Assembly: GCA_045119035.1 (NCBI GenBank) | Contig: JBGVCU010000034.1 | Span: 2,626 to 66,625 of the forward strand | Length of the DNA stretch: 64,000 bases | Source of the DNA: Bacilli bacterium | Lineage (GTDB): Bacteria > Bacillota_I > Bacilli_A > ML615J-28 > CAG-313 | Direction: 5' to 3' | Shown: one piece after another, positions 50,690 to 60,531 of the stretch | Layout: each line of letters starts with the position of its first letter | Numbering within the stretch: the first letter of the stretch is position 1 | Program-made: the position numbers and the translations under genes | Notes under the pieces: model-generated | Told to the model about the DNA's origin: nothing | What the model saw: the letters and a program-made list of their open reading frames with translations, nothing else | Databases searched by the model: none

Positions 50690-51641
50690 AAAATATATTG
50701 TTTTATATTATAATGATTTTTATTTTAAAGATATTTTATTTAAAAAATTAATTGAATACTATATGGAAAATAAATTGTTTCATATTGTTTTCATAACACA
50801 TAAATATATTAATTCTTCTATTTTACAATATAATAGTTTAAATGAAGTTTTTAAAAATTTATCAGGAACTTTTATAATTATTAATAAATGTATGTACATA
50901 GAAAATTTAAATGAATTTTTAACACTAAATAAAAATACATCTTTATTAAAAAAAGGAAAAGTTATAGGTAAAGTTATTATTAATAAAAAAGAAATATTTA
51001 CTAAATACAATATAAAATGTTTTTCATTTCATATAAAAAACAATCAATCAAGGTATTCATTAACTAATATCTTAAAAATTAAAATAAATAAACAGCATCT
51101 AAAAAATGGAGTTAATATAATAGATATAGATTCAGTATATATATCTAAAAATTCTGTTATCGGAAAAAATACTACAATCTTTCCTAATACAATTATATTA
51201 GATAGCATAGTTAAAGAAAATTCTAATATTGGACCATTTGCAACTATAAAGAAAAATTCCACTATTGGAAATAATGTAAGAATAGGTAACTTTGTAGAAA
51301 TTAAAAATTCTTACATTAATGATTCAACAAAAATCGCACATCATTCATATGTAGGAGATACTTATGTTGATTCATATGTAAACATCGGATGTGGAGTAGT
51401 TACTTGTAACTATAATGGAAAAGAAAAAAACAAAATCTATATTGGTAAAAGAGCATTTATCGGAAGTAACGTAAATTTAATTGCTCCTCTGAATATAGGA
51501 TCTGATACATATATAGCTAGTGGTTCTACCATTTATAATGATTTAGAATCATTTGATTTTGCTATTGCTAGAAGTTATCAAGTAAATAAAAAAGGATATT
51601 CTAAGAAATATCCTTATTATTTGAATTTTTATTCAGATTAA
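50682..51641 (+). CDS. glmU: GlmU-like protein with intact acetyltransferase (LbH) domain and eroded uridyltransferase domain
   Basis: GNFVEIKNS, HHSYVGD, NIGCGVVTCNYNG, FIGSN..LIAP; no LAAGxGxRM motif; 319 aa. Confidence 0.8.
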   Translation: MNKKYIVLYYNDFYFKDILFKKLIEYYMENKLFHIVFITHKYINSSILQYNSLNEVFKNLSGTFIIINKCMYIENLNEFLTLNKNTSLLKKGKVIGKVIINKKEIFTKYNIKCFSFHIKNNQSRYSLTNILKIKINKQHLKNGVNIIDIDSVYISKNSVIGKNTTIFPNTIILDSIVKENSNIGPFATIKKNSTIGNNVRIGNFVEIKNSYINDSTKIAHHSYVGDTYVDSYVNIGCGVVTCNYNGKEKNKIYIGKRAFIGSNVNLIAPLNIGSDTYIASGSTIYNDLESFDFAIARSYQVNKKGYSKKYPYYLNFYSD

Positions 51642-52503
51642 TTTGAGGAAGTATTACACTTACAAAAAGTAATATACATCCAATTGCTTCTTTTAATATT
51701 AATGTTTCTTTTAAAATAATTATTCCACTAATTAAAGCAAATACAGCTTCAAGCCCCATAATCAAACTTGCTAAAGTTGGGTTTGTTGTTTTTTGGCCAA
51801 TAATTTGTAATAAATAACCAAAACATCCAGAAATTATAGCCGCATATAATATTGGGAAAATAGACTCTTTTATATTAACAATGTTTGGCTGTTCAAATAT
51901 AAACATAAAGATTAATCCAATTACTCCTGTTACTAAAAATTGAATTGAACAAAGTAAAATAGGATTCATATGTTTTGAAACATAATCGACAAGTAGAATC
52001 TGAACTGCAAAAAATATTGCACATATAAAAATATAGATATCACCAATTTCAAATACTAATTTTCCTTTTGATGCAATAAGATATGAACCTGTTAAAGCAA
52101 TAAAAACAGCAACTAAGCTAATAAAATTAATTTTCTTTCCAATTAATAAACTAATAATTGGAACAAAAACTATATATAATGATGTTATAAATGCACTTTT
52201 CCCTGCAGACTTTGTAGCATCAATTCCTATTTGTTGAAATAAAGATCCACCAGATAATGCAACTCCTGTTAAAATAGCAAGTAAAAATATTTTTTTATCT
52301 ATTTTGAATTTGAGATTTTTTATATTTAATAATAGATAAGCAATTAGTAATATAACACCACTTATGATAAATCTAATTCCTGTAAAAGTATATGGACCTA
52401 CAGTGTTGCTACCAATACTTTGAGCAACAAATGTTGTTCCCCAAAGAAATGAACACAGAAGCAATATTAATGGTCCTTTGTATTTATTAATTATATTTCT
52501 CAT
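51601..52503 (-). CDS. DMT/EamA transporter (two repeats)
   Basis: LWGTTFVAQ, SAFITSLYIVFVP, ASLIMGLEAVFA. Confidence 0.92.
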   Translation of the reverse strand: MRNIINKYKGPLILLLCSFLWGTTFVAQSIGSNTVGPYTFTGIRFIISGVILLIAYLLLNIKNLKFKIDKKIFLLAILTGVALSGGSLFQQIGIDATKSAGKSAFITSLYIVFVPIISLLIGKKINFISLVAVFIALTGSYLIASKGKLVFEIGDIYIFICAIFFAVQILLVDYVSKHMNPILLCSIQFLVTGVIGLIFMFIFEQPNIVNIKESIFPILYAAIISGCFGYLLQIIGQKTTNPTLASLIMGLEAVFALISGIIILKETLILKEAIGCILLFVSVILPQINLNKNSNNKDIS

Positions 52504-53136
52504 TTATTTATATCTCTTTCTTATTTGTTTTATTTTCTCTTTTAATGTATTATCAATTCTAAACGAATCCAAAGACTTTTGAATTGCTTTTCCAATAATA
52601 TTATAATTTAATGTTTGTTCATTTAGATAATCTAATACTCTTTCACCATGATATATTGCTAAATAAGAAATTAACCACGCTTCTGCCATTTGTACATAAT
52701 AATGATCATCATCTTTAAACAATTTAATAATTAAATCAAAAGCTTCTTTTTCTTTAACTAATGTAGGAATAAATTGAACATATCCCCATCTTCTTAAAAA
52801 CGGATGTGGATTGTTTATATATATTAATGCTTTCTTGAAAGCATATTCAAGTGGTACTTTTTTAATGAATTGAGTAAGTTGATCAACATGCCACCAATCA
52901 TTAAGTAATAAATAATTCTCTTCAATAAATTTATATTGATCTTCATATGTTAATATTTGTCCAAGTGACACTTGAAAATATGTTCTATGATAAAAATAAC
53001 TTCCTAAAGCTAAATCTTTTAAACATGATACATCTTGTTTTTCTTTGATTAATCTTTTATTTAATCTATCTACATCTTTTGTTTTATAGTTAATTGGTAA
53101 ACTATGAAATAAATCTTCTATTTGTTTGATTGTCAT
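52504..53136 (-). CDS. DNA alkylation repair protein (AlkD-like HEAT family)
   Basis: DWWHVD, RRWGYV, DDHYYVQMAEAWLIS. Confidence 0.85.
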   Translation of the reverse strand: MTIKQIEDLFHSLPINYKTKDVDRLNKRLIKEKQDVSCLKDLALGSYFYHRTYFQVSLGQILTYEDQYKFIEENYLLLNDWWHVDQLTQFIKKVPLEYAFKKALIYINNPHPFLRRWGYVQFIPTLVKEKEAFDLIIKLFKDDDHYYVQMAEAWLISYLAIYHGERVLDYLNEQTLNYNIIGKAIQKSLDSFRIDNTLKEKIKQIRKRYK

Positions 53137-53190
53137 ATAAGCCTCGATATTCTTATTAAAAGCAGTATTTAATAATACTGCTTTATTATT

Positions 53191-54432
53191 TTATTGTTCT
53201 TGTTTATAATATATAGCTTCTTCCATTTGTCCTGAATGATATCCTTTAATAAGTCTTATCAAACATGAATTTAAATATTCCACAGTAGGTCTTTCTTCGA
53301 CAGTAGCCTCTAAATGGCTAGAACCAATTCCTGAATCATTTGTTAAATATACATAATGTCCATTTGTAATCATTGATTGACTTCTAAAGAAATATTCAGT
53401 TTTTAAATCAATTCCACTAGAAGCAACAGTTATAATTCTAACACCTTTTTCTGCAAGTTCTAGTGTAGCTTTATCCCAGTCTTTAACATCTTTATCATGA
53501 CTTGGAGCATCAGCAATATGAATTAATATTTTTGTTGAATTATCTCTCCATTGTTTGCTTGCTGCTTCTTGCATAGCTGTGTGAACCGCTTCTTCAAAAT
53601 CCCCTCCACCATTAGCACTTTGTTCTGCTAAAAAGGCTTGTTGAGTTGAAACATTTTGAGTAAAATCAGAATATCTTGTAACATAATTATCCCCATAATC
53701 ACGATACATTAAAACTGAAAGTTCAATTACTACTCCTTCATTTGCAGTTGAAATTCTAGAAATAATGTCACTAACTTCAGCTTTAATATATTCCATTTCA
53801 TCGCCCATTGATCCAGTAGCATCAATAACAAACATTAATTGAATAATATTTTGTGCTGTATTTAATCCTTCATATATAAACTCAGTCTCAGTAGTAACTA
53901 TCTTCGTTTCTTTAACAATTTCTCCATCAATATTAGTATATTCAAGTTGAATTACATATTCATCTTGTTTTTCATTTGAATAAAGATAACAATTACCAGT
54001 CTTATCACTGAAAGTAGTAAAAACTGATTCATTATTTTCATTAAGTAAACTTACCTTTGTTGGAACATCTTTTGGAACTTTTATATGAATTCTATTTAGA
54101 GTACTAAATTCATAATTTGTATGAAAACTATAAAAACTAGTTTTTGATTCTTGTTGTTCTCTACTTAAACCATACCAAAAATCGTAATGTTCATTATCAT
54201 TATAAGCACATGCTGTAATTTGGCCAGGAACAGGATTAAATTCAGGATTTGATCCAGATCCATCTTCTCCTGGAGAATCAGGCATTTCACCCTCTAAACC
54301 AGAACCAGGTGCCTCAACACCACCGCTATAATCACCTTTCCCATATCCAGGTGCTTCTGCACCACTACAACTAACTAAAAAAATAAGTAATAAAATACAA
54401 ACAAAAATAGAAAATAAATGTTTAGATTTCAT
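53191..54432 (-). CDS. VWA-domain lipoprotein
   Basis: Lipobox LVSC, MIDAS DATGSM, GGGDFEEAV, IADAP. Confidence 0.88.
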   Translation of the reverse strand: MKSKHLFSIFVCILLLIFLVSCSGAEAPGYGKGDYSGGVEAPGSGLEGEMPDSPGEDGSGSNPEFNPVPGQITACAYNDNEHYDFWYGLSREQQESKTSFYSFHTNYEFSTLNRIHIKVPKDVPTKVSLLNENNESVFTTFSDKTGNCYLYSNEKQDEYVIQLEYTNIDGEIVKETKIVTTETEFIYEGLNTAQNIIQLMFVIDATGSMGDEMEYIKAEVSDIISRISTANEGVVIELSVLMYRDYGDNYVTRYSDFTQNVSTQQAFLAEQSANGGGDFEEAVHTAMQEAASKQWRDNSTKILIHIADAPSHDKDVKDWDKATLELAEKGVRIITVASSGIDLKTEYFFRSQSMITNGHYVYLTNDSGIGSSHLEATVEERPTVEYLNSCLIRLIKGYHSGQMEEAIYYKQEQ

Positions 54433-54527
54433 AATGTACCTCCTTACACTTATATTATATCAAAATTTTATTTGTAAAGCAATAAGATATATAAAAAGAT
54501 TAGAAATTAATCTAATCTTTTTAATTT

Positions 54528-55241
54528 TTATACTAATAATGATATTCCATATACAATAATAAAATGTAATGGATAGAAAATATAGAAAAAATACTTTAAC
54601 TTTGCAGTCCCTCTTTTGCCATTATATAAAAGCAGTAATAAAGCACCTATAAATGTTAAATGATTTACCCAAAAATTTATATGAATTCCATGATAAACAG
54701 AAGCTAAGGAAATAAAAATTACACTTGCTATAATATTATAATTACCTAAATATTTTTTAAAGATATATATTATTAATGGACTAATTATACCATAGAAGTT
54801 ATAATTGCCAACAAAATAGTTATAGTTTTGTGTTATATAGAAAAAAGTTCCTAAAGTAGATAAAAATAGCATTATAAAGAAAACAGTTTTTACTATATCT
54901 TTTTTTATTATATTTTGTTCTATATATTCAAATAGATATATTAGAATAATCGATACGCTAAATACTAAAAAGATTGAAAAATCTGTCATATTCATAAAGA
55001 AATATAATACTATTTGCATAATAAGACCAAGAATAAAGATTGTTAAAAAATGTTTAAGTTTATTTTTTGTATAATAACAACCCTCTGCAATCATAAATAC
55101 GAAAATAGGAAAAGCTATTCTACCTAATATTCTAAATAAAATGATTTTAGGAAACACCATTAATCCTAGATGATCTAAGAACATGGATATACAAGCTATT
55201 ATTTTAAGTTGATTATTTGTAAGACATTTAATTTTATTCAT
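54528..55241 (-). CDS. TraX-family membrane acyltransferase-like protein
   Basis: LKIIA..SMFLDH, GRIAFPIF, LYNGKRG, KYFFYIFYPLH. Confidence 0.88.
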   Translation of the reverse strand: MNKIKCLTNNQLKIIACISMFLDHLGLMVFPKIILFRILGRIAFPIFVFMIAEGCYYTKNKLKHFLTIFILGLIMQIVLYFFMNMTDFSIFLVFSVSIILIYLFEYIEQNIIKKDIVKTVFFIMLFLSTLGTFFYITQNYNYFVGNYNFYGIISPLIIYIFKKYLGNYNIIASVIFISLASVYHGIHINFWVNHLTFIGALLLLLYNGKRGTAKLKYFFYIFYPLHFIIVYGISLLV

Positions 55242-55380
55242 ATATACTACCAAGTTTTATTAATTTATATTATTTTAACATTTTTTCATTTATAAGTCCA
55301 TTTATTTGTGTTATTAAAACAAAAAGAGCTTTAATAAAAAGCTCTTTTATTTTCATAGTAAAAAACTATTACACTCTAAA

Positions 55381-57105
55381 TTATCTATATGAGATGATAA
55401 CATCTCCTGTTGTTACTTTTATATTACATAAACCACCACTTTTTGAATCAGGTACTTTTACTTTTCCTGTTGTAGATGATACTTGAATAATCATTTCATT
55501 ACTTAGAGTTCCACAAATGTCTCCAGTAGTAAGTTTTATATTAATTGTACCTGAAGATAATTCTTCGAAATCAAAATCACTTGTTTTACCTAAAACATTT
55601 AAGTGTTTAGTAATATGAGAATTTTCAAGTTCGATATCACCTGTTGATACATTAATATCTAGGTTATTTGTTATTAAATTTTCAATTTCAATATCACCTG
55701 TAGTTGCTTTAAGATAAGTATCTTCTAATATATGAGAATTTAATAATTCTATGTCACCTGTTGTACATTTTACATTAAGATTTTTACAACTAATATTCTT
55801 AAGTGAAATATCACCAGATGTTGCATTAACCAATAAAACGTCTTTTACATTTGATTCAAATCTAATATCACCTGTAGTTGTAATAATTGTAGAAGTATTA
55901 AAAGTGAAATCTTTACTAACTAAAACATCTCCACTTGTTATATTTATAGATAAATTTTCAAGATCAGTATCTGATAAATATAAAACAACTTTAAAATTAA
56001 CGAAATTAGTAAATTTATCAAAAAACTTTCGGTTGTCTTTTTGAAATACAATTAGTTCATTATTTATTACTTCATATGAGTATGAAACATATTTATTTCC
56101 AACAAAGCTAAGTGATGAAGTTTTACTATTTGATGGATAAATAGCTATATCTGATGAAGTACATTCAATTTTAATGTTTGAATAAACTTCTGTAATACTT
56201 AAAGTACCATTATATTTAGTAGATTTTAAATAAAACCCTCTACATATACCAAATATACTTGTACCAAATAATAAGACAATTATTAATACACCCATTAATT
56301 TATAAACTATTTTATTTATTTTAAATATACTCATTATTCCAAAAATAAGATGTACAGAAAAGATACTATAAGTAATTAATAAAGCGAGTGCTATATTAAA
56401 TGGTGAATAAAGATATATACATAAATATAAAAAAGAAAGTATAATTAGAATTCCAATAATATATGATAATAAGAAAAATCTATTTATTTTGTTATAAAAA
56501 GATTCACTTATATAATTTTTAGATCTTTTAAATAAAATAGGATAAAAAATAATAAAATATAATAATAATATTCCCATTGTAGGAATCATAAACCAATAGT
56601 TAGATGAATATATACTACAAGTTAAAAATAATAAAAACAAACTAATAAAAATAGAACAGAAAAATATTAATTTCTTATGATTAGAAAACAAATATGTTAT
56701 TGTAGGACAAAATGTATATCCACAAACTAATGAGCTTAAAACAATAAAAAACCATGATAGAGTATGATTCACTGCAAGATTAACAATAAATGTAACTACA
56801 AATGCTGTAATATAACATATATTAATTGTCCAAAATGTAGTCAATTTCATGTTGTTATATTTTTTAGCATCTTTTTTCATTTTACGATATTCAGTATCAT
56901 GACTTGCTTCAATTAACTCATGTTCTGTTATATCTAAAGTTTTACAAATATCTGGAATTAAAGTAATGTCTGGATAAGTAACACCACGTTCCCATTTACT
57001 AATAGTTGTAACATCTACATATAATAGATTAGCTAGTTCTTGTTGAGTGTAATTTTTCTTAGCCCTACAATCTTTAATATAAGACCCAAATTTTTTCTTG
57101 TCCAT
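55381..57105 (-). CDS. XRE HTH + multi-TM + DUF4097 beta-repeat protein
   Basis: TQQELA...ISKWERG..PD HTH; ~7-8 TM; repeated TTGDI/TSGDI motifs. Confidence 0.88.
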   Translation of the reverse strand: MDKKKFGSYIKDCRAKKNYTQQELANLLYVDVTTISKWERGVTYPDITLIPDICKTLDITEHELIEASHDTEYRKMKKDAKKYNNMKLTTFWTINICYITAFVVTFIVNLAVNHTLSWFFIVLSSLVCGYTFCPTITYLFSNHKKLIFFCSIFISLFLLFLTCSIYSSNYWFMIPTMGILLLYFIIFYPILFKRSKNYISESFYNKINRFFLLSYIIGILIILSFLYLCIYLYSPFNIALALLITYSIFSVHLIFGIMSIFKINKIVYKLMGVLIIVLLFGTSIFGICRGFYLKSTKYNGTLSITEVYSNIKIECTSSDIAIYPSNSKTSSLSFVGNKYVSYSYEVINNELIVFQKDNRKFFDKFTNFVNFKVVLYLSDTDLENLSINITSGDVLVSKDFTFNTSTIITTTGDIRFESNVKDVLLVNATSGDISLKNISCKNLNVKCTTGDIELLNSHILEDTYLKATTGDIEIENLITNNLDINVSTGDIELENSHITKHLNVLGKTSDFDFEELSSGTINIKLTTGDICGTLSNEMIIQVSSTTGKVKVPDSKSGGLCNIKVTTGDVIISYR

Positions 57106-57311
57106 ATATAATCACGTCCTTTCAATTAAGTAACAAAATTATATCATTAATATATCTTAAATGCTGTAATTTACATATAGCGTGTTAAGCCATACTACTT
57201 TTTTTCATTATATCACATTTATTATTATATCATATTTACTATATTAATTCAAATAACTAAAAAAGAAAAAAACTGGCTTATTAAAACCAGTTAAATTTAA
57301 ATATTGGATGA

Positions 57312-58022
57312 TTAAATAAAAACTAAAAAATCTTCTTGTTTTGTCTTATTTAAATATTTTTTAAGTATATATCTATTTTTGTGAGTAATTGCATTTGCTG
57401 GGCAATTTGTTTTACACTTTAAACATCTAATACATTTCTTGTTAAATTTATGATTTTTTATCCCCTCATATATACATTCTTTTTCACATTTTCCACAATT
57501 AATGCATTTAGTTAAATCAATATCCATTTTAACAAGCATTCTACTACGTAGATCCTTTAATAATGGAGCAAATATATTTTTGTAGCTTTTTTTAATATTT
57601 ATTTCTTTCAAATTATTATTATTAATTTTTTCTATTACTAAATCTAATTTACTTAAAGAAGTTACTTCTTTTTCATTTAAGTAAGAATGATTCATTGGCA
57701 CATATGCAGCTGCTATTATTTTCCCATTTTTGTAGTATTTTTTAAAATCAAATAAAGCATTTCCATAACACATTTTTCCATATGTTGCTATTGGTATTAT
57801 GTATTTTGATTTTATATTCTTAATAATTTTTTTTATAAAATCTGGTACAGATTGACAATAAACAGGAAAAACTATAACAGTTGTTTCATAAATTTCATTT
57901 ATTATAATATTTCTTTCTTTAGGGTTATTAAGATCATATATATTCCATGATAATTTTTCTTTAAAGTATTCAGCTACTAATTTACTTTGATTTGTGTTTG
58001 AATAATATATAATACAATTCAT
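57312..58022 (-). CDS. EFR1-family flavodoxin/ferredoxin fusion
   Basis: IYYSNTNQS, VFPVY, CINCGKCEKEC and CIRCLKCKTNCP. Confidence 0.85.
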   Translation of the reverse strand: MNCIIYYSNTNQSKLVAEYFKEKLSWNIYDLNNPKERNIIINEIYETTVIVFPVYCQSVPDFIKKIIKNIKSKYIIPIATYGKMCYGNALFDFKKYYKNGKIIAAAYVPMNHSYLNEKEVTSLSKLDLVIEKINNNNLKEINIKKSYKNIFAPLLKDLRSRMLVKMDIDLTKCINCGKCEKECIYEGIKNHKFNKKCIRCLKCKTNCPANAITHKNRYILKKYLNKTKQEDFLVFI

Positions 58023-59413
58023 TAGTTAAAATATTCTTTCATTATTTTACATTCTGGAATTTCATCTAAAGAAAACCCTAATTCTTCATTAAGTTCATTC
58101 ATAGCAGCATCTTTTGAAAGATTTTTATCTCTACTTGCTAAAGATATTTCTAAAGCACTAAAAGGAATCATTGAACTTTCCATATCATAGAAACGTTTAA
58201 ATTGAGTATGTTCTTTACAACGCTCAATTTTACAACTAGTATGAAGTCCTTTTCCTGTCCAATCAGGAGAAACCCAACCACACTCTTTTTCAATTACTTC
58301 TTTTATTTTTAACCAATCATATTTTCCACCACAAATTTCATTAAAGTCAACTTGAACAAAAGCGGGAATATTACCACTCCAAGATGAAGATTTTATTGCT
58401 TTTTTAAGTGGTTTTACAATACCGGGAACTTCATGGATTGCAATTGTTATATTATCTACTAAAGTATTACGATAACTTGATTTTTTTAAAAAGAAATTAG
58501 TTCCGTTCGCAAGTTGTTTCATAGTAGATAAAGTATGAAATTGACCTTTTTTAAGTGGTTTATGTAGTGTTAAAATTCTTCCTGTATTAATTAAAATATT
58601 AAGAAATTTATTCTTATCAAATGAATAAACAATTTTTGGTGCCATATGATTATAATATAAACCAAGTAGTTGAACTGGCTCATTACCTGCAATAAAATAA
58701 GGAACTTTATTTATAACTAATTCTGGATAAAATAAAACATAAGCTAAAGATGGACAAGCACATGTATTACCGCTTATTTTATATAATTTTTTATAAATAG
58801 TTCTTAAATCGTTATTAGATACTTTTCTTGTTATAAATTCAACATTATCAAGCATTCTTTTAGCTCCTTCAATACTTTTTCTAGAGCTATCAGACATATA
58901 AGGTATTTCCCAAGTTAAGGCTAGTACTCTTAAATTTAGCTGTTTAGATAAATAATATAATAAGTATGTTGAATCTTTTCCTCCTGTATAAAAAACAGCC
59001 ACATCAAATCTTGATTTTTTTGATTTAGGAAAAGTGTTCATGATCGGAACAACACTTTTCAAATGACTTGTTTCTTCTTTTGTTTGACACATCGGACATT
59101 TTCCATCTTTATCAAATTCAAGTCCAGGTATTATATAGTCATTTGCGACACAAGAATTACAAAATTTTGCTTCATTTAAGTTTTTAGGAATTATTCTTTT
59201 TTCATTTTCTTTTACAATTTGAGTTCCAATTAAATCTTTTAATATATATAATTCCTCATCAGTTAAAGATTTTGGCAAGTTAACTATGATATCTTTTTGT
59301 TTTTTATTAATATGTTTTTCATTTTTAAACATATTTTCTTTATTTCTTAATCCATAGTATTTTAATCTATTGTTTTCTATTTTCCATCTAGATTGTAAAA
59401 CATATATATCCAT
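58022..59413 (-). CDS. PP-loop (N-type ATP pyrophosphatase) protein, N-acetyl-sugar amidotransferase-like
   Basis: CNSC...FDKDGKCPMC, FYTGGKDST, CAC, LHTSC. Confidence 0.75.
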   Translation of the reverse strand: MDIYVLQSRWKIENNRLKYYGLRNKENMFKNEKHINKKQKDIIVNLPKSLTDEELYILKDLIGTQIVKENEKRIIPKNLNEAKFCNSCVANDYIIPGLEFDKDGKCPMCQTKEETSHLKSVVPIMNTFPKSKKSRFDVAVFYTGGKDSTYLLYYLSKQLNLRVLALTWEIPYMSDSSRKSIEGAKRMLDNVEFITRKVSNNDLRTIYKKLYKISGNTCACPSLAYVLFYPELVINKVPYFIAGNEPVQLLGLYYNHMAPKIVYSFDKNKFLNILINTGRILTLHKPLKKGQFHTLSTMKQLANGTNFFLKKSSYRNTLVDNITIAIHEVPGIVKPLKKAIKSSSWSGNIPAFVQVDFNEICGGKYDWLKIKEVIEKECGWVSPDWTGKGLHTSCKIERCKEHTQFKRFYDMESSMIPFSALEISLASRDKNLSKDAAMNELNEELGFSLDEIPECKIMKEYFN

Positions 59414-59427
59414 AAATTTTAACTCCT

Positions 59428-59652
59428 TTACTTTTTTATTCTTAGTCCAATTATTTCTTTTTCATTATAGTTATAAATAAAGAATGGACATTGTCCTGCT
59501 ATTTGAATAGTATATATAACTTCACCTTCTTCATTTAAGAAAGATTCATATATAAAACCAAAATATAGTTCATTTTTATATCTAAAATTTACATAGTCAT
59601 CTAATTTATATTTTGCGTCTTTTACTTGTTTTCTTTTCTTTTTAAACAACAT
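59428..59652 (-). CDS. Small hypothetical protein (SH3/KOW-like barrel possible)
   Basis: GAAGGA RBS before MLFKK; YKLDDYVNF...GFI...YTI pattern. Confidence 0.6.
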   Translation of the reverse strand: MLFKKKRKQVKDAKYKLDDYVNFRYKNELYFGFIYESFLNEEGEVIYTIQIAGQCPFFIYNYNEKEIIGLRIKK

Positions 59653-59739
59653 AGGGTTTCCTTCAATTAAATTCATACTTTATTATACCATATATTAAAT
59701 AAAAAAGACTGTTAATATATATATTAACAGTCATATTTG

Positions 59740-60531
59740 TTAAAATAACATTTTATCTGAAACAGTTGTTCCACTATTTTCAAATTTTTGAAGTAAATCT
59801 TCAATTGTTAGATTAGCTTTTTCTTCACCACTAATATCTAAAACTAAGTTACCTTCACTTAACATTATTAATCTATTACCATATTTAATAGCATCCTTCA
59901 TGTTATGAGTAATCATTAAAGTTGTAAGGTTGTTTTCTTTAACAACTCTTTCTGTTAAATCAAGTACTTTATTTGCTGTTTTTGGATCAAGTGCAGCTGT
60001 GTGTTCATCAAGTAATAATACTTTAGGTTTTACAAATGTAGCCATAAGTAATGTTAATGCTTGACGTTGTCCCCCTGATAAAAGTCCAACTTTTTGTTCA
60101 AGACGCGTTTCAAGACCTAAATTTAATCCTTGGATAAGTTTTAAAAATTCAGAGTTATTTTCTTTACTAAATCCCCATTTAAGAGTAGGTTTTTTACATC
60201 TACGAGAAGCAAGTTCTAAGTTTTCTAAAATTGACATATTTGGAGCAGTTCCCATTAATGGATCTTGGAATACTCTACCTAAGTACTTAGCTCTTTTATG
60301 TTCTGGCATATTAGTTACGTTATTTTGATCAATATATATTTGTCCCCCATCAGGTTCAAACACACCAGATATCATATTCATAAGAGTTGATTTACCACTT
60401 CCATTACCACCAATAATTGTAACAAAGTCTCCTTCTTTGATGTGAATTGATACGTTATTCAAAGCTATCTTTTGATTTTCAATTCCTTCTTCTTTATTAA
60501 ATATTTTAGTTAGATTTTCAATTTTAAGCAT
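59740..60531 (-). CDS. ABC transporter ATP-binding subunit
   Basis: GGNGSGKST, RVFQDP, LSGGQRQ, LLLDEHTAALDP. Confidence 0.95.
   Translation of the reverse strand: MLKIENLTKIFNKEEGIENQKIALNNVSIHIKEGDFVTIIGGNGSGKSTLMNMISGVFEPDGGQIYIDQNNVTNMPEHKRAKYLGRVFQDPLMGTAPNMSILENLELASRRCKKPTLKWGFSKENNSEFLKLIQGLNLGLETRLEQKVGLLSGGQRQALTLLMATFVKPKVLLLDEHTAALDPKTANKVLDLTERVVKENNLTTLMITHNMKDAIKYGNRLIMLSEGNLVLDISGEEKANLTIEDLLQKFENSGTTVSDKMLF

Noticed and set aside
54528-55241. TraX as evidence for a conjugative element
   Set aside because: No relaxase, T4SS, integrase or att sites nearby; TraX-family genes are commonly chromosomal orphans.
55400-55960. Periodic ATATCACCTGT-like nucleotide repeats suggesting a CRISPR array
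   Set aside because: They are the coding TGDI repeats of the DUF4097 domain: in frame, degenerate, and with no cas genes.
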